Origin: Acidimicrobiales bacterium | GTDB taxonomy: Bacteria; Actinomycetota; Acidimicrobiia; Acidimicrobiales; WLNW01 | Direction of reading: 5' to 3' | Length of the DNA stretch: 64,000 bases | Assembly (NCBI GenBank): GCA_039934635.1 | Contig: JBDTLT010000009.1 | Coordinates: forward strand, 6,697 to 70,696 | Shown here: positions 35,392-44,718 of the stretch, in pieces | Layout: each line of letters starts with the position of its first letter | Position numbering within the stretch: position 1 is the stretch's first letter | Notes under the pieces: generated by a model | Database searches by the model: none | The model's input: only the letters and a program-made list of their open reading frames with translations | What the model was told of the DNA's origin: nothing | Program-made: the position numbers and the translations under genes

Positions 35392-36132
35392 ATGGATCTT
35401 GCTCGTTTGGGATTTGCCGACGACGCGGTCGTGATCACCGGCGCCGGCAGTGGCATCGGACGGGCGACCGCGCTTGCCTGCGCCGCGCTGGGGTTGCGGG
35501 TCGCGGTGTGGGACATCGTCGCCGACAACGCGCGCGCGACGGTCGACGCCCTGGGTGTCGCCGATACGCGTGCGCATTTCGTCGTCGCAGACGTGAGCGA
35601 CCCGGCCGCCGTCGAGTCGGCGTTCGCCGAGACGATCGCGCACATCGGACCGGTGCGGTACCTCGTCAACAATGCCGGCCCGCGTGCGGCGGACCCTTAC
35701 ACGTTCGACGAGGGAATGCGCCTCGGTGCCGGCAGTGTCGAGCTCGTCACGCGTTCGTTCATGGCCACGTCGCCACCCCGCGATGCCGGCATCGTCAACG
35801 TCGCCTCGGTGGCGGGCAACCTCGCCGGCACCGATCCGGCGTGGTACGCGGCGAACAAAGCAGCCATCGCCGGATACACCCGCGCGATGGCGACCGCGTT
35901 GGCGCCGCACGTCCGCGTCAATGCAGTCGCACCATCACTGGTCAACACCCCGCGCACGTCCAATTGGACCGACTCCGATCTCGGTCGCCATTGGGCCGAG
36001 ATCAATCCCCTGCAACGGTGGGCGGTCGCCGACGACATCGCGCATCCCATCGTGTACCTGCTCTCGCCGATGGCCTCCTACGTCAACGGGGTGTTGTTGC
36101 CCGTCGACGGTGGTCAGACGTTGGTGTTGTGA
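35392..36132 (+). CDS. SDR-family oxidoreductase
   Basis: I trimmed the ORF to the ATG at 35392. ITGAGSGIGRA, NNAG and YAANKAA (YxxxK) are present. Confidence 0.88.
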   Translation: MDLARLGFADDAVVITGAGSGIGRATALACAALGLRVAVWDIVADNARATVDALGVADTRAHFVVADVSDPAAVESAFAETIAHIGPVRYLVNNAGPRAADPYTFDEGMRLGAGSVELVTRSFMATSPPRDAGIVNVASVAGNLAGTDPAWYAANKAAIAGYTRAMATALAPHVRVNAVAPSLVNTPRTSNWTDSDLGRHWAEINPLQRWAVADDIAHPIVYLLSPMASYVNGVLLPVDGGQTLVL

Positions 36133-36839
36133 AGTAGCAATGCCAACTCTGCCGGGCGCGACAGAAACGGCGAGTGACTGCCGTCCATCAGAAGCGGCTC
36201 GCCACCGTCGAGTATCAAGCGTCCCGCTTGTTGTGCCGCGTCGATCGACACTGCACCGTCGTCGCGTGTGAGGATCACCGACCGAGCGGCATCGGGCCAC
36301 GACGTGATCGGCCACGGGTCGAGCATCGGACGCGCGCCCTGTGGCCGCAAGCGAGCGATCGCCCACGCAGCCGTGGCGTCGTCGCAGTCGCCATAGAAGC
36401 CCTCCCACGCGTCGGCGGCGCTCATGACCGCGCGCCCGTGCTCGTCGCGAAATCGCGCCATCGCGCCGAAGCGCGGGGTCACCATGCGCGCCCGCAACTC
36501 GTCGGCGCGCGGGCCACCGACTACCGGCGCGGTGCAGAGGAAGACCAGCCGCCGTACCGGTCGCCGCTGCGCCACGAGCGGGATGGTGAAGCCACCCAGC
36601 GAGTGCCCCACGACCACGACGTCGCCACCCGCGCCCGCGGTACCCGCTCGGCTGGCGGCGTCCGCGGTGTCCATGGCGGCGAGCACGGCCGCCACGTACT
36701 CGTCATAGCCCGCGCCGGGGTCGTCGCAGGGCAGGTCAGGCGCAATCGCGCCATGCCCGAAGCGTTCGAGCTCGGGGACGAGGCGGCTCCAGCACCACCC
36801 ACCGTGATAGGCGCCGTGGACGAGAACGAACAGTGACAT
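36114..36839 (-). CDS. Alpha/beta-hydrolase (esterase)
   Basis: MSLFVLVHGAYHGGWCW and the nucleophile elbow GHSLGG are present. Its 3' end converges with and overlaps the SDR gene by 19 bp. Confidence 0.8.
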   Translation of the reverse strand: MSLFVLVHGAYHGGWCWSRLVPELERFGHGAIAPDLPCDDPGAGYDEYVAAVLAAMDTADAASRAGTAGAGGDVVVVGHSLGGFTIPLVAQRRPVRRLVFLCTAPVVGGPRADELRARMVTPRFGAMARFRDEHGRAVMSAADAWEGFYGDCDDATAAWAIARLRPQGARPMLDPWPITSWPDAARSVILTRDDGAVSIDAAQQAGRLILDGGEPLLMDGSHSPFLSRPAELALLLHNTNV

Positions 36840-36962
36840 AGTGACCTCCGACCCTAGTCACGGTCACCCGGGGCTTTGACGATTGGGCCCATCATCACGA
36901 GCCCGTCGATCGCGCCAGTAGCTGTACGATCGACGGTGCCCGCCAGCCGACGAGGGGACCCA

Positions 36963-38186
36963 ATGGCCTCATTCCCTGAAGTACCCAAGATCATTTCGGT
37001 CGACGATCACGTCGTCGAGCCGCCCGATCTGTGGACCAACCGCCTCCCGGCGAAGTACCAGGACCGCGCCCCTCGCATCGTGCGCGAAAAGTGCACGATG
37101 AAGATGGTCGGCGGCGTGTTCACGTTCGAGCGCAACGTGCCCGACGGTGATTGGTGCGATGTGTGGCTCTACGACGATCTCGTCTACCCGTTCCCCAAGC
37201 TGTCTGCGGCGAGTGGTTTCGCCAATCTCGACAACGAACCGGTCACGTTCGACCAGATCCGGCCGGGCGGTTGGAAGCAGAAGGAACGACTCGAAGACAT
37301 GGACGCCAATCACGTCCAAGCGTCGATCAACTTCCCCAACGTATTGCCACGCTTTTGCGGGCAAGCGTTCCTCGAGCGCCAAGACAAAGAGCTGGCGCTC
37401 TTGTGCGTCCAGGCGTACAACGACTGGACGATCGACGAGTGGTGCGCGGGCGCGGGTCACGGTCGTTTGATCCCGCTGACGATCATTCCCTTGTGGGATC
37501 CGCATTTGGCCGCCAAAGAGATTCACCGCTGCGCCGACAAAGGCAGCCATGCGATCACGTTCTCCGAAAATCCGTACCACCTCGGGCTGCCGTCGGTGCA
37601 CGACAAAGATCGTTTCTGGGACCCGATGTTCCAGGCGTGTGTCGAAACCGACACGGTCGTCAACATGCACATCGGTTCGTCGTCCAAGATGCCGTCGACG
37701 TCACCTGACTCTCCGTTCATCGTGAGCTCGATCCTCACGTTCCAAAACGCCATGGGATCGATGATCGACTACCTCATGTCCGGGGTGTTCCAGCGCTTCC
37801 CCGAGCTGCGCATTGCGTACAGCGAGGGCCAGGTCGGCTGGGTGCCTTACGTGCTCGAGCGGGCCGACAAGTTGTGGCACGAGCGCGGCGACACGAGCTT
37901 CGGCAGCGACCTACCCGCACCGCCGTCGACGTACGTCAAGGACCACATCTGGTTCTGCATCTTCGACGACGACACCGGCTTGCGTAACCGCAACCAGATC
38001 GGCATGGACCAGATCACGTTCGAAGTCGACTTCCCGCACGCCGATTCGACGTTCCCGCACACCTTGAAGGTGGCCGAGGACATCGTGGCCCGGGCCAAGC
38101 TCAACAAGACCGAGACGCAAAAGCTGTTCCGCGGCAACGCCATCAAGCTCTACCACCTCGACAAGTACTACGGCATCAAGAAGTAG
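36963..38186 (+). CDS. Amidohydrolase-2 (ACMSD-like metal-dependent hydrolase/decarboxylase) family protein, paralog 1
   Basis: I trimmed the ORF to the ATG at 36963. IISVDDHVVEPPDLWTNRLPAKY and ...FEVDFPHADSTFP are present. It is closely similar to 43516..44712. Confidence 0.85.
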   Translation: MASFPEVPKIISVDDHVVEPPDLWTNRLPAKYQDRAPRIVREKCTMKMVGGVFTFERNVPDGDWCDVWLYDDLVYPFPKLSAASGFANLDNEPVTFDQIRPGGWKQKERLEDMDANHVQASINFPNVLPRFCGQAFLERQDKELALLCVQAYNDWTIDEWCAGAGHGRLIPLTIIPLWDPHLAAKEIHRCADKGSHAITFSENPYHLGLPSVHDKDRFWDPMFQACVETDTVVNMHIGSSSKMPSTSPDSPFIVSSILTFQNAMGSMIDYLMSGVFQRFPELRIAYSEGQVGWVPYVLERADKLWHERGDTSFGSDLPAPPSTYVKDHIWFCIFDDDTGLRNRNQIGMDQITFEVDFPHADSTFPHTLKVAEDIVARAKLNKTETQKLFRGNAIKLYHLDKYYGIKK

Positions 38187-38194
38187 CCCCGCCG

Positions 38195-38232
38195 ACTTCT
38201 TCCGGTGCTGCTGCTACGGCGCCGGAAGAAGT
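38195..38232. terminator. Long hairpin between convergent genes (bidirectional terminator candidate)
   Basis: acttcttccggtgc-(10 nt)-gcgccggaagaagt gives 14 bp including one G.U pair. It starts 9 nt after the amidohydrolase stop, and its right arm lies in the last codons of the GNAT gene. Confidence 0.5.
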
Positions 38233-38741
38233 ACGGACGGGTCTTTCCACGCGTACAGAAAGCCGACGACGCTGCCTCCCCCGGGGGCCTCGGAGATCTC
38301 TTGGCCGACGCGCTCACCGCCACGCGCCTCGTAGAAGGCCTGTGCCGGCGCGTTTGCTTCGAGGACTGCGAGGTACAAGCGCTTGTTCGTCGCCCGCGCC
38401 ATCACTGCAGACGCGGATTGCGCCATCAGTTGCGTGCCGATCCCGGTGCGCTTGACATCGTGGGCCACATGGAGATTGTCGAGTAGGGCGCCCAGCAGAG
38501 GGTCGTGATCGAGGATCGTGTGGACGAACCCGATGATCGAGCCGCGCCATTCGGCAACAACTGTTTCATCGCGGGCACTCGGACGGGCCAAGCGCTCGGA
38601 CCAGACAGCTCGCCGGTCGTCGAAGACATCTCCGTCGAGGAACGCGTCCGAGTACGCACCGCGGTAACTGTTCCGCCAACTCTCGGCATGCAGCAGCGCG
38701 ATCGCATCGATGTCTTGCGCGTTGGCTCGCCGGAACTGCAC
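38214..38741 (-). CDS. GNAT-family N-acetyltransferase
   Basis: The product is 175 aa. HVAHDVKRTGIGTQLM matches the R/Q-x-x-G-x-G/A acetyl-CoA motif. Confidence 0.85.
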   Translation of the reverse strand: MQFRRANAQDIDAIALLHAESWRNSYRGAYSDAFLDGDVFDDRRAVWSERLARPSARDETVVAEWRGSIIGFVHTILDHDPLLGALLDNLHVAHDVKRTGIGTQLMAQSASAVMARATNKRLYLAVLEANAPAQAFYEARGGERVGQEISEAPGGGSVVGFLYAWKDPSVLLPAP

Positions 38742-38799
38742 CAGAGCACCCTATGCCCCGACCGCCGAACGGGCCGAGAGTTTTCTCCGGACCTCGCGG

Positions 38800-39651
38800 T
38801 CAGGTCTGCACGTGCTCGAAGCCGAATCGGCCTTTGATACACAGGTTTCCGTGCGTGATGTCGTGATCGTGCGGTGACGTCACCTTCACGATGCGGTTGT
38901 CCTGCACGTGCAGCGTCAGCGTGCAACCAACACCGCAATACGGGCAGATGGTGTCGGTGCTGGTTTGGCGCGCCTCGTCCCACGTGCCCGCGGCGCGCAT
39001 CTCGAATTCGGAGGTCGGCATCAGCGCGCCCGTAGGGCACACCGCGATGCAGTTACCGCAATAGACACAGGCCGAGTCGGTCAGCGCGACGTCCCACTCG
39101 GTCGAAATACGCGCATCGAAGCCGCGCCCGGCGACGCCGATCGCGAACGTGTTCTGCCATTGCTCGCCGCACGCGTCGACGCACTGGTAACACAAGATGC
39201 ACTTTGCGTAGTCACGAACGTACAGCGCGTTGTCGATCTTGACCGGCTGCTCGACGGTGGCCCGCTCGCCAAAGCGTTCGGGCTGCGCGCCGTATTCGGT
39301 CATCCAGCGATCGATGTTGGGCGCGATCGACAGGTCAGTCGCGCTCGCCAGGAACTCGAGGACCATGCGCCGGGAATGGCGCGTGCGCTCGGTGGCGGTC
39401 TGCACGACCATGCCGGCCTCCACGGGTCGCGAACACGAGGGCACCAGCGCGCGCGACCCCTCGACCTCGACCACGCACACGCGGCAGGCATTCTTCGGTG
39501 TCAGCGTGTCGCCATAACACAGCGTCGGGATGTCGCGCCCGGCCGATCGGCACGCGTCGAGCACGGTCGAGCCATCGGGGACGCGCTGGGTTTCGCCGTC
39601 GACGGTGATCTCGATCAACCGGCGCGGCGCGGCGACCGGTTGCTCGGTCAT
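38800..39651 (-). CDS. Formate dehydrogenase Fe-S module: NuoG-like N-terminal [2Fe-2S] plus 2x[4Fe-4S] plus the Molybdop_Fe4S4 domain, encoded as a separate polypeptide
   Basis: The 2Fe-2S motif is TLCYG...NACRVCVVEV. The ferredoxin motifs are CILCYQCVDAC and CVYCGNCIAVCP. The product ends just after the MopB Fe4S4 motif (CPYCGVGC...CIKGRFGFEHVQT*). Its ATG overlaps the NuoEF stop (ATGA). Confidence 0.85.
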   Translation of the reverse strand: MTEQPVAAPRRLIEITVDGETQRVPDGSTVLDACRSAGRDIPTLCYGDTLTPKNACRVCVVEVEGSRALVPSCSRPVEAGMVVQTATERTRHSRRMVLEFLASATDLSIAPNIDRWMTEYGAQPERFGERATVEQPVKIDNALYVRDYAKCILCYQCVDACGEQWQNTFAIGVAGRGFDARISTEWDVALTDSACVYCGNCIAVCPTGALMPTSEFEMRAAGTWDEARQTSTDTICPYCGVGCTLTLHVQDNRIVKVTSPHDHDITHGNLCIKGRFGFEHVQT

Positions 39652-41492
39652 TGCCGCCGCCGGAACGGCTCGAACTTCACCATCGCGGACTCGATCGCAC
39701 TGCTGGCAGTCTGGCCGAGACCACAGATGGATGCGTCGCGCATGGCCTGCCCGATGTCGGCGAGCAGGGCCAACTCGGTGTCGACCGAGCCGCGGGGCTG
39801 ACCGGCCGCGAGCCGGGCGAGCAATTCATCCTGGCGCACTGCGCCGACGCGGCACGGCACGCATTGCCCGCACGATTCGTCGCGGAAGAACTCGGCGATG
39901 CGCCGCAGAAATGCCACCAGATCGACGGTGTCGTCGAGCACGAGTACGACACCCGAACCGAGCGCGGCGGACGCCGCACGCGTGCCTTCGAATGTGAGCG
40001 CGACATCGATCTCGTCGGCCCGCACGAACGTGCCGGCCGCGCCGCCGAGCAACACGCATTGCAGCGCCCGACCGCTGCGTACCCCGCCCGCCATCTCGAG
40101 TAGTTCGCGCAGCGACACACCGAATTCGACCTCGTACACGCCCGGCAGGGCCACGCAACCCGATACGCAGAACAGCTTGGTTCCGTTCGAGCCATCGGTA
40201 CCAGTGGCGGCGAAGGCAGAGGCGCCGCGCTCGAGTATGGGCAACACGTTGACGAGCGTCTCGACATTGTTGACCACGGTCGGTACGCCGAAGAGGCCGG
40301 CATCGGTCGGGTACGGAGGCTTGTTGCGGGGTTCACCGCGATAGCCCTCGATCGAGTTGAAGATCGCCGTCTCCTCGCCGCAGATGTAGGCGCCCGCCCC
40401 GCGCCGGATCTCGATATCGAACGAGAACCCGTGCCCGTCGACGTCGTCACCCAACCATCCGGCGGCGCGGGCGGTGGCGATGGCGTGGTCGAGCCGTTCC
40501 CACGCGAGCGGGTATTCGCCCCGCAGGTAGATGTAACCCCGAGCGCTGCCCGTGGCGTAGCCGGCGATCGTGAGCGCGTCGATCACGGCGAAGGGATCGC
40601 CCTCCATGAGCACGCGATCTTTGAACGTTCCCGGCTCGCTTTCGTCGGCGTTGCACACGACGAAGTGCGGTTGGCGTTCGTGCTCGCGAACGGCCTGCCA
40701 CTTGCGGCCGGTGGGAAACGCCGCCCCGCCGCGCCCGACGAGCCCACTGTCGAGCACCTCGCGCACGACGCCCTCCGCGCCGAGCTCGAAGGCTCGTTGC
40801 ACCGCGCGCCGGCCGCCGTTGGCCGTGTACTCGTCGATGCTGGCGGGATCGACGACGCCGATCCTGCGTAACAACACCAGGCCCTCGGTATCGCGTTGGG
40901 GCACGCTCGCCGCGTGCGCCCACTGAGGCGCGACCGCGCCGTTCATCGAGACACGGATCGCGTCGGCGTCGACGAACGGCAGCGGCGCTTCGTACGGCGG
41001 GTCACCGGCGTGGATCACCAGTGCCGCGGGTGCCCGCTCGCACAACCCGAGGCAAGGGCTCGGGTGCCAACTGCTCATCGTGCGCGCCCCGGCGGGCGGT
41101 TCGCCCGCACGGAGCTGATCGACGATGGTGTCGGCGCCACTCAGTTTGCAGGCGAGATCGGTGCAAAGGTGCACGACGCGCGCGGGGCTCGGTTCGAGCG
41201 AGAACAATCCGTAGAACGACGCGACGCCGTACGCATCGGCCGGCGCGATCGAAAGGCGCCGGCACACGTAGCCGATGCCTCCTTGGCTGATCCAGCCGAC
41301 ACGCGATTGCAGCGCGTGCAACGCAGGCAACAAGAGGTCACGACCGTGGATGCGGTCATCCCGCGAGAACGACGCCCGCAGGTCACGCTCACTGCGCACG
41401 CCTCCCTCCCACGACGACGCCGACCGACCCAGCACCGCGTCGACCGCCGCTCGCTCGGCGTCGGTCGCTTCGGCCTCGAGGACGTGCTCCAT
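39648..41492 (-). CDS. NuoE-like [2Fe-2S] / NuoF-like (FMN, NADH, [4Fe-4S]) fusion; diaphorase module of an NAD-linked formate dehydrogenase
   Basis: The NuoE-like part reads LLPALHALQSRVGWIS...VHLCTDLAC. The NuoF part reads GLVGRGGAAFPTGRKW...ESCGQCVPCRVG. Its ATG directly follows the TAG of the upstream gene. Confidence 0.88.
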   Translation of the reverse strand: MEHVLEAEATDAERAAVDAVLGRSASSWEGGVRSERDLRASFSRDDRIHGRDLLLPALHALQSRVGWISQGGIGYVCRRLSIAPADAYGVASFYGLFSLEPSPARVVHLCTDLACKLSGADTIVDQLRAGEPPAGARTMSSWHPSPCLGLCERAPAALVIHAGDPPYEAPLPFVDADAIRVSMNGAVAPQWAHAASVPQRDTEGLVLLRRIGVVDPASIDEYTANGGRRAVQRAFELGAEGVVREVLDSGLVGRGGAAFPTGRKWQAVREHERQPHFVVCNADESEPGTFKDRVLMEGDPFAVIDALTIAGYATGSARGYIYLRGEYPLAWERLDHAIATARAAGWLGDDVDGHGFSFDIEIRRGAGAYICGEETAIFNSIEGYRGEPRNKPPYPTDAGLFGVPTVVNNVETLVNVLPILERGASAFAATGTDGSNGTKLFCVSGCVALPGVYEVEFGVSLRELLEMAGGVRSGRALQCVLLGGAAGTFVRADEIDVALTFEGTRAASAALGSGVVLVLDDTVDLVAFLRRIAEFFRDESCGQCVPCRVGAVRQDELLARLAAGQPRGSVDTELALLADIGQAMRDASICGLGQTASSAIESAMVKFEPFRRRQ

Positions 41493-43415
41493 CTACAACC
41501 TCTCCAACCGCACGGCGGTCGCCTTGAACTCGGCAGTACCGGAACGCGGATCCACAGCATCGATCGTGAGCACATTGGTGTCCACATCGTCCGAGAAGTG
41601 AAACGTCATGAAGGCGAGCCCGGCGCGCAACGCGTGGTCGACACGCGCCGGCGCCACCACTGCACCTCTACGCGAGACGACCCTTACGGATTGGCCATCG
41701 GCGATGTCGAGGCGACGCGCGTCCTCAGGCGAAAGGTCGAGGGTTTCGCCGAGCCGTAACGGCGACGCGTAGCTGCCCGACTGCACGCCGGTGTTGTAGC
41801 TGTCGAGGCGGCGACCGGTGGTCAGCCGCAGCGGGAAGTCTTCGGTGAGCTCGTCGACGGGAAGGTCGTGGGTCACCACATTGAACGGAGCGGGCCGGCC
41901 TCTACGCGTGGGATCGTCATCCCACAGCCGCCCGTGCAGGAACGACGGCTCGATTGTGTCGTCGTCGTAACACGGCCACTGAATGCCGTCCAACGCCTCG
42001 ATGCGCGCGTACGACATGCCCGCGTGAATCGGCGACAACGAGCGCACCTCGTTCCAGATGGCTTCGGCGCGCTGGCGGGGCTCGTCACCGTAACGCCAGT
42101 CGCGGCCCATTCGCGACGCGAGTTGCAACAGGACTTCGATGTCGTCGCGTGCGTTACCGGGTGGGTCGAGCGCCTTGCGCACGCGCTGTACGCGTCGCTC
42201 GCTGTTCGTCACCGTGCCTTCGCTCTCGCACCATGCTGCGGCCGCAGGAAAGACGACATCGGCCATCTCCGCGGTCTTGGTCAAGAAGATGTCCTGCACC
42301 ACCAGAGTGTCGAGGCCTTCGAGTAAGTGTCGCGCGTGGGTCACGTCGGCTTCGCTCTGCGCCGGATTCTCGCCGATGACGTACAGCGCGGTGAGGTCGC
42401 CCCGACCCATTGCCTCGAACATCTGCGTCAACGTCCAACCTGGTTTCGGCGGCACGGTGCACTCCCAGGCCTGGTCGAACTGGCCACGCAGATCCGCGTC
42501 GGTGATGTCTTGAAAGCCGGGCAGCCGCGGGGGGATGGCGCCCATGTCGCCGCCGCCCTGCACGTTGTTCTGACCGCGTAGCGGGTTGAGGCCCGAGCCG
42601 TAGCGACCGACATGGCCGCAGAGCAGCGCCAGGTTGATGAGCGCCAACACGTTCTCGACCGCGTTGTGGTGTTCGGTGATGCCGAGCGTCCAGCACAGTT
42701 GCGCGCGTGGCGCGCGGGCGTACGCGTGCGCAACCTGGCGAATCACTTCGGCGGGCACGCCGGTCTCCATCTCGCCCCGCTCGAGCGTCCACGACTCGAC
42801 CGAGCGCGCGTACGCATCGAAGTCGACGGTGGCTCGCTCGATGAAGTCACGGTGCGCAAGGCCTTGGTGGATGATCTCGCGCGCCATCGTGTTGGCCAGT
42901 GCAATGTCGGTCCCGACGTCGAGCCCGACCCAGATGTCGGCGAACTGCGCGGTCGCGGTACGCCGCGGGTCGACGACGAACAGCTGCGCGCCGTTGCGCA
43001 CCCCCGCCAGCACGTGATGGAAGAAGATCGGATGCGCCTCGCGCGCGTTGGATCCCCACAACACGATCACGTCGGTCGCTTCGATCTCTTTGTAGGACGA
43101 CGTTCCGCCACCCACTCCGAACACTGCCGCCAGACCGACGACGCTGGGAGCGTGTCAAGTTCGATTGCACGAATCGATGTTGTTCGTCCCCATCACCGCC
43201 CGGGCGAACTTCTGCGCGAGAAAGTTCATCTCGTTGGTGGCCTTCGAACAGCTGAACATGCCGAAGGCCTGCGGGCCTTTGGTGTCGAGCGCTCGGCGAA
43301 ACCCGGCAGCGGCGCGGTCGAGTGCCTCATCCCAGGTTGCCGGGCGCAGCGCGCCGTTGTCGCGCACCAGCGGCTCGGTCAGCCGTGAGTAGACCCGTGC
43401 CGGCCGTCGCGCCAT
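41493..43415 (-). CDS. Formate dehydrogenase catalytic (MopB, bis-MGD) subunit with selenocysteine at TGA 43155-43157; lacks its own N-terminal Fe-S domains; split by the ORF caller
   Basis: ORFs 43155..43604 and 41493..43124 are in the same frame. The joined sequence reads ...MGTNNIDSCNRT-U-HAPSVVGLAAVFGVGGGTSSY..., matching the FdhF-type C.R.UH.PSV active site. The C-terminus has a molybdopterin dinucleotide-binding domain. The start at the ATG at 43415 is approximate. Confidence 0.82.
43126..43142 (-). promoter_or_regulatory. SECIS-like apical stem-loop for the FDH UGA
   Basis: The mRNA reads GUCGUC-GGUCU-GGCGGC: a 6-bp stem with 2 G.U pairs and a GGUCU loop. It begins 12 nt after the UGA. 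As I recall it, the loop sequence GGUCU is the same as in the E. coli fdhF SECIS. Confidence 0.6.
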
Positions 43416-43515
43416 GGGTCCATCGTAAACCCCCGGTGGGTGCCCCAAGGCATAAGGGCCCCGTTCGACACAGTCGCTGCCGCAGAGGGCAAACTGGTGG
43501 CGACTAGGGGGAACC

Positions 43516-44712
43516 ATGGCCGACATCGAGATCCCACCGATCATCAGCGTGGACGACCACGTCGTCGAACCCCCCGACCTCTGGACGAGCCGGCTGCCCG
43601 CCAAGTACAGAGATGTCGGCCCCCACGTGGTCTACAAACCGACCGGCAAACCGATCCTCGTCGGTGGCGGCTATATCGAAGAGCCGGGTACCGAAGGCGA
43701 CCCGATCGCCTGGTGGTTCTTCGAGGACCACAAGTATTCGGTCAAGCGGCTCATCGCTGCGGCGGGGTATTCGCCCGACGAGATCGGCCTCGAGGGCGTG
43801 ACGTTCGAGGACATGCGCCCCGGCTGTTGGCAGCCAAAGGCGCGACTGGCCGACATGGACGTCAACAATGTCGAAGCGTCGCTGTGCTTTCCCAACTACC
43901 CCCGCTTCTGCGGACAGCTCTTCAAGAACGCCAAGGACAAAGACCTCGCGCTGCTGTGCGTACAGGCCTACAACGACTGGATGGTCGACGAATGGTGCGG
44001 CGACTCCAACGGTCGCCTCATCCCACTGTGCCTGATCCCGTTGTGGGATGTCGACCTCGCCGTCACGGAGATCTACCGCAATGCGGCGCGCGGCGTCCGT
44101 GCGGTGGCCTTCAGCGAATGCCCGGCCTGGATCGACCTGCCGTCGATCCACTCGGGCTACTGGGAGCCGTTCTGGGCCGCGTGCGCCGACACCGGCACCG
44201 TGCTGTGCATGCACATCGGCTCCGGCACCAAGACGATGACCACCAGTTCGGATGCACCCGAGGGCGTGACGGCTACCGGCATCTTCACCAACAGCGCGAT
44301 GTCGATGATCGACTTCTTGTTCTCGGGTGTATTGGTGCGCCATCCCGATCTCAAGCTGTTGTACGCCGAAGCGCAGATCGGTTGGATCCCCTACGTCGTC
44401 GAACGCATCGACGACATCTGGAACACCCATCGTGGATGGGCCCACGTGCGGGACAACACTCCCGAGCCACCCTCGACCTACTACTACCGGCAGATGCACA
44501 GCTGCTTCTTCAAGGACTCCGTCGGGCTCGAGCTGCTCGATCGAGTCGGTGTCGACAACATCATGTTCGAGACCGACTACCCGCACCAGGACGGCACATG
44601 GCCCAACTCCAAAGAAGTCGCGCAAAAGCTCTTCGGCCATCTCGACGCCGCCACCACACGCAAGATCGTCCGGGGTAACGCGGTGCGATTGTTCGGTCTC
44701 GACGCGAAATAA
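43516..44712 (+). CDS. Amidohydrolase-2 family protein, paralog 2
   Basis: IISVDDHVVEPPDLWTSRLPAKYRD and ...FETDYPHQDGTWP are present. It is collinear with 36963..38186. Confidence 0.87.
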   Translation: MADIEIPPIISVDDHVVEPPDLWTSRLPAKYRDVGPHVVYKPTGKPILVGGGYIEEPGTEGDPIAWWFFEDHKYSVKRLIAAAGYSPDEIGLEGVTFEDMRPGCWQPKARLADMDVNNVEASLCFPNYPRFCGQLFKNAKDKDLALLCVQAYNDWMVDEWCGDSNGRLIPLCLIPLWDVDLAVTEIYRNAARGVRAVAFSECPAWIDLPSIHSGYWEPFWAACADTGTVLCMHIGSGTKTMTTSSDAPEGVTATGIFTNSAMSMIDFLFSGVLVRHPDLKLLYAEAQIGWIPYVVERIDDIWNTHRGWAHVRDNTPEPPSTYYYRQMHSCFFKDSVGLELLDRVGVDNIMFETDYPHQDGTWPNSKEVAQKLFGHLDAATTRKIVRGNAVRLFGLDAK

Positions 44713-44718
44713 CGCTTC

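Noticed and set aside
38700-38802. The Fe-S module gene of the FDH also ends in TGA (38800-38802), exactly where a canonical FdhA would continue. I considered read-through.
   Set aside because: Translation beyond the TGA gives Arg/Gly-rich sequence with no MopB similarity and runs into the GNAT gene in a different frame. The catalytic domain is clearly encoded upstream at 41493-43415.
43416-43515. I examined the 100-bp divergent region upstream of the FDH operon for a molybdenum-cofactor riboswitch or other structured leader.
   Set aside because: It is too short for the ~130-nt Moco motif, and I could not recognise its conserved segments by eye. Only weak 4-5-bp pairings are present.
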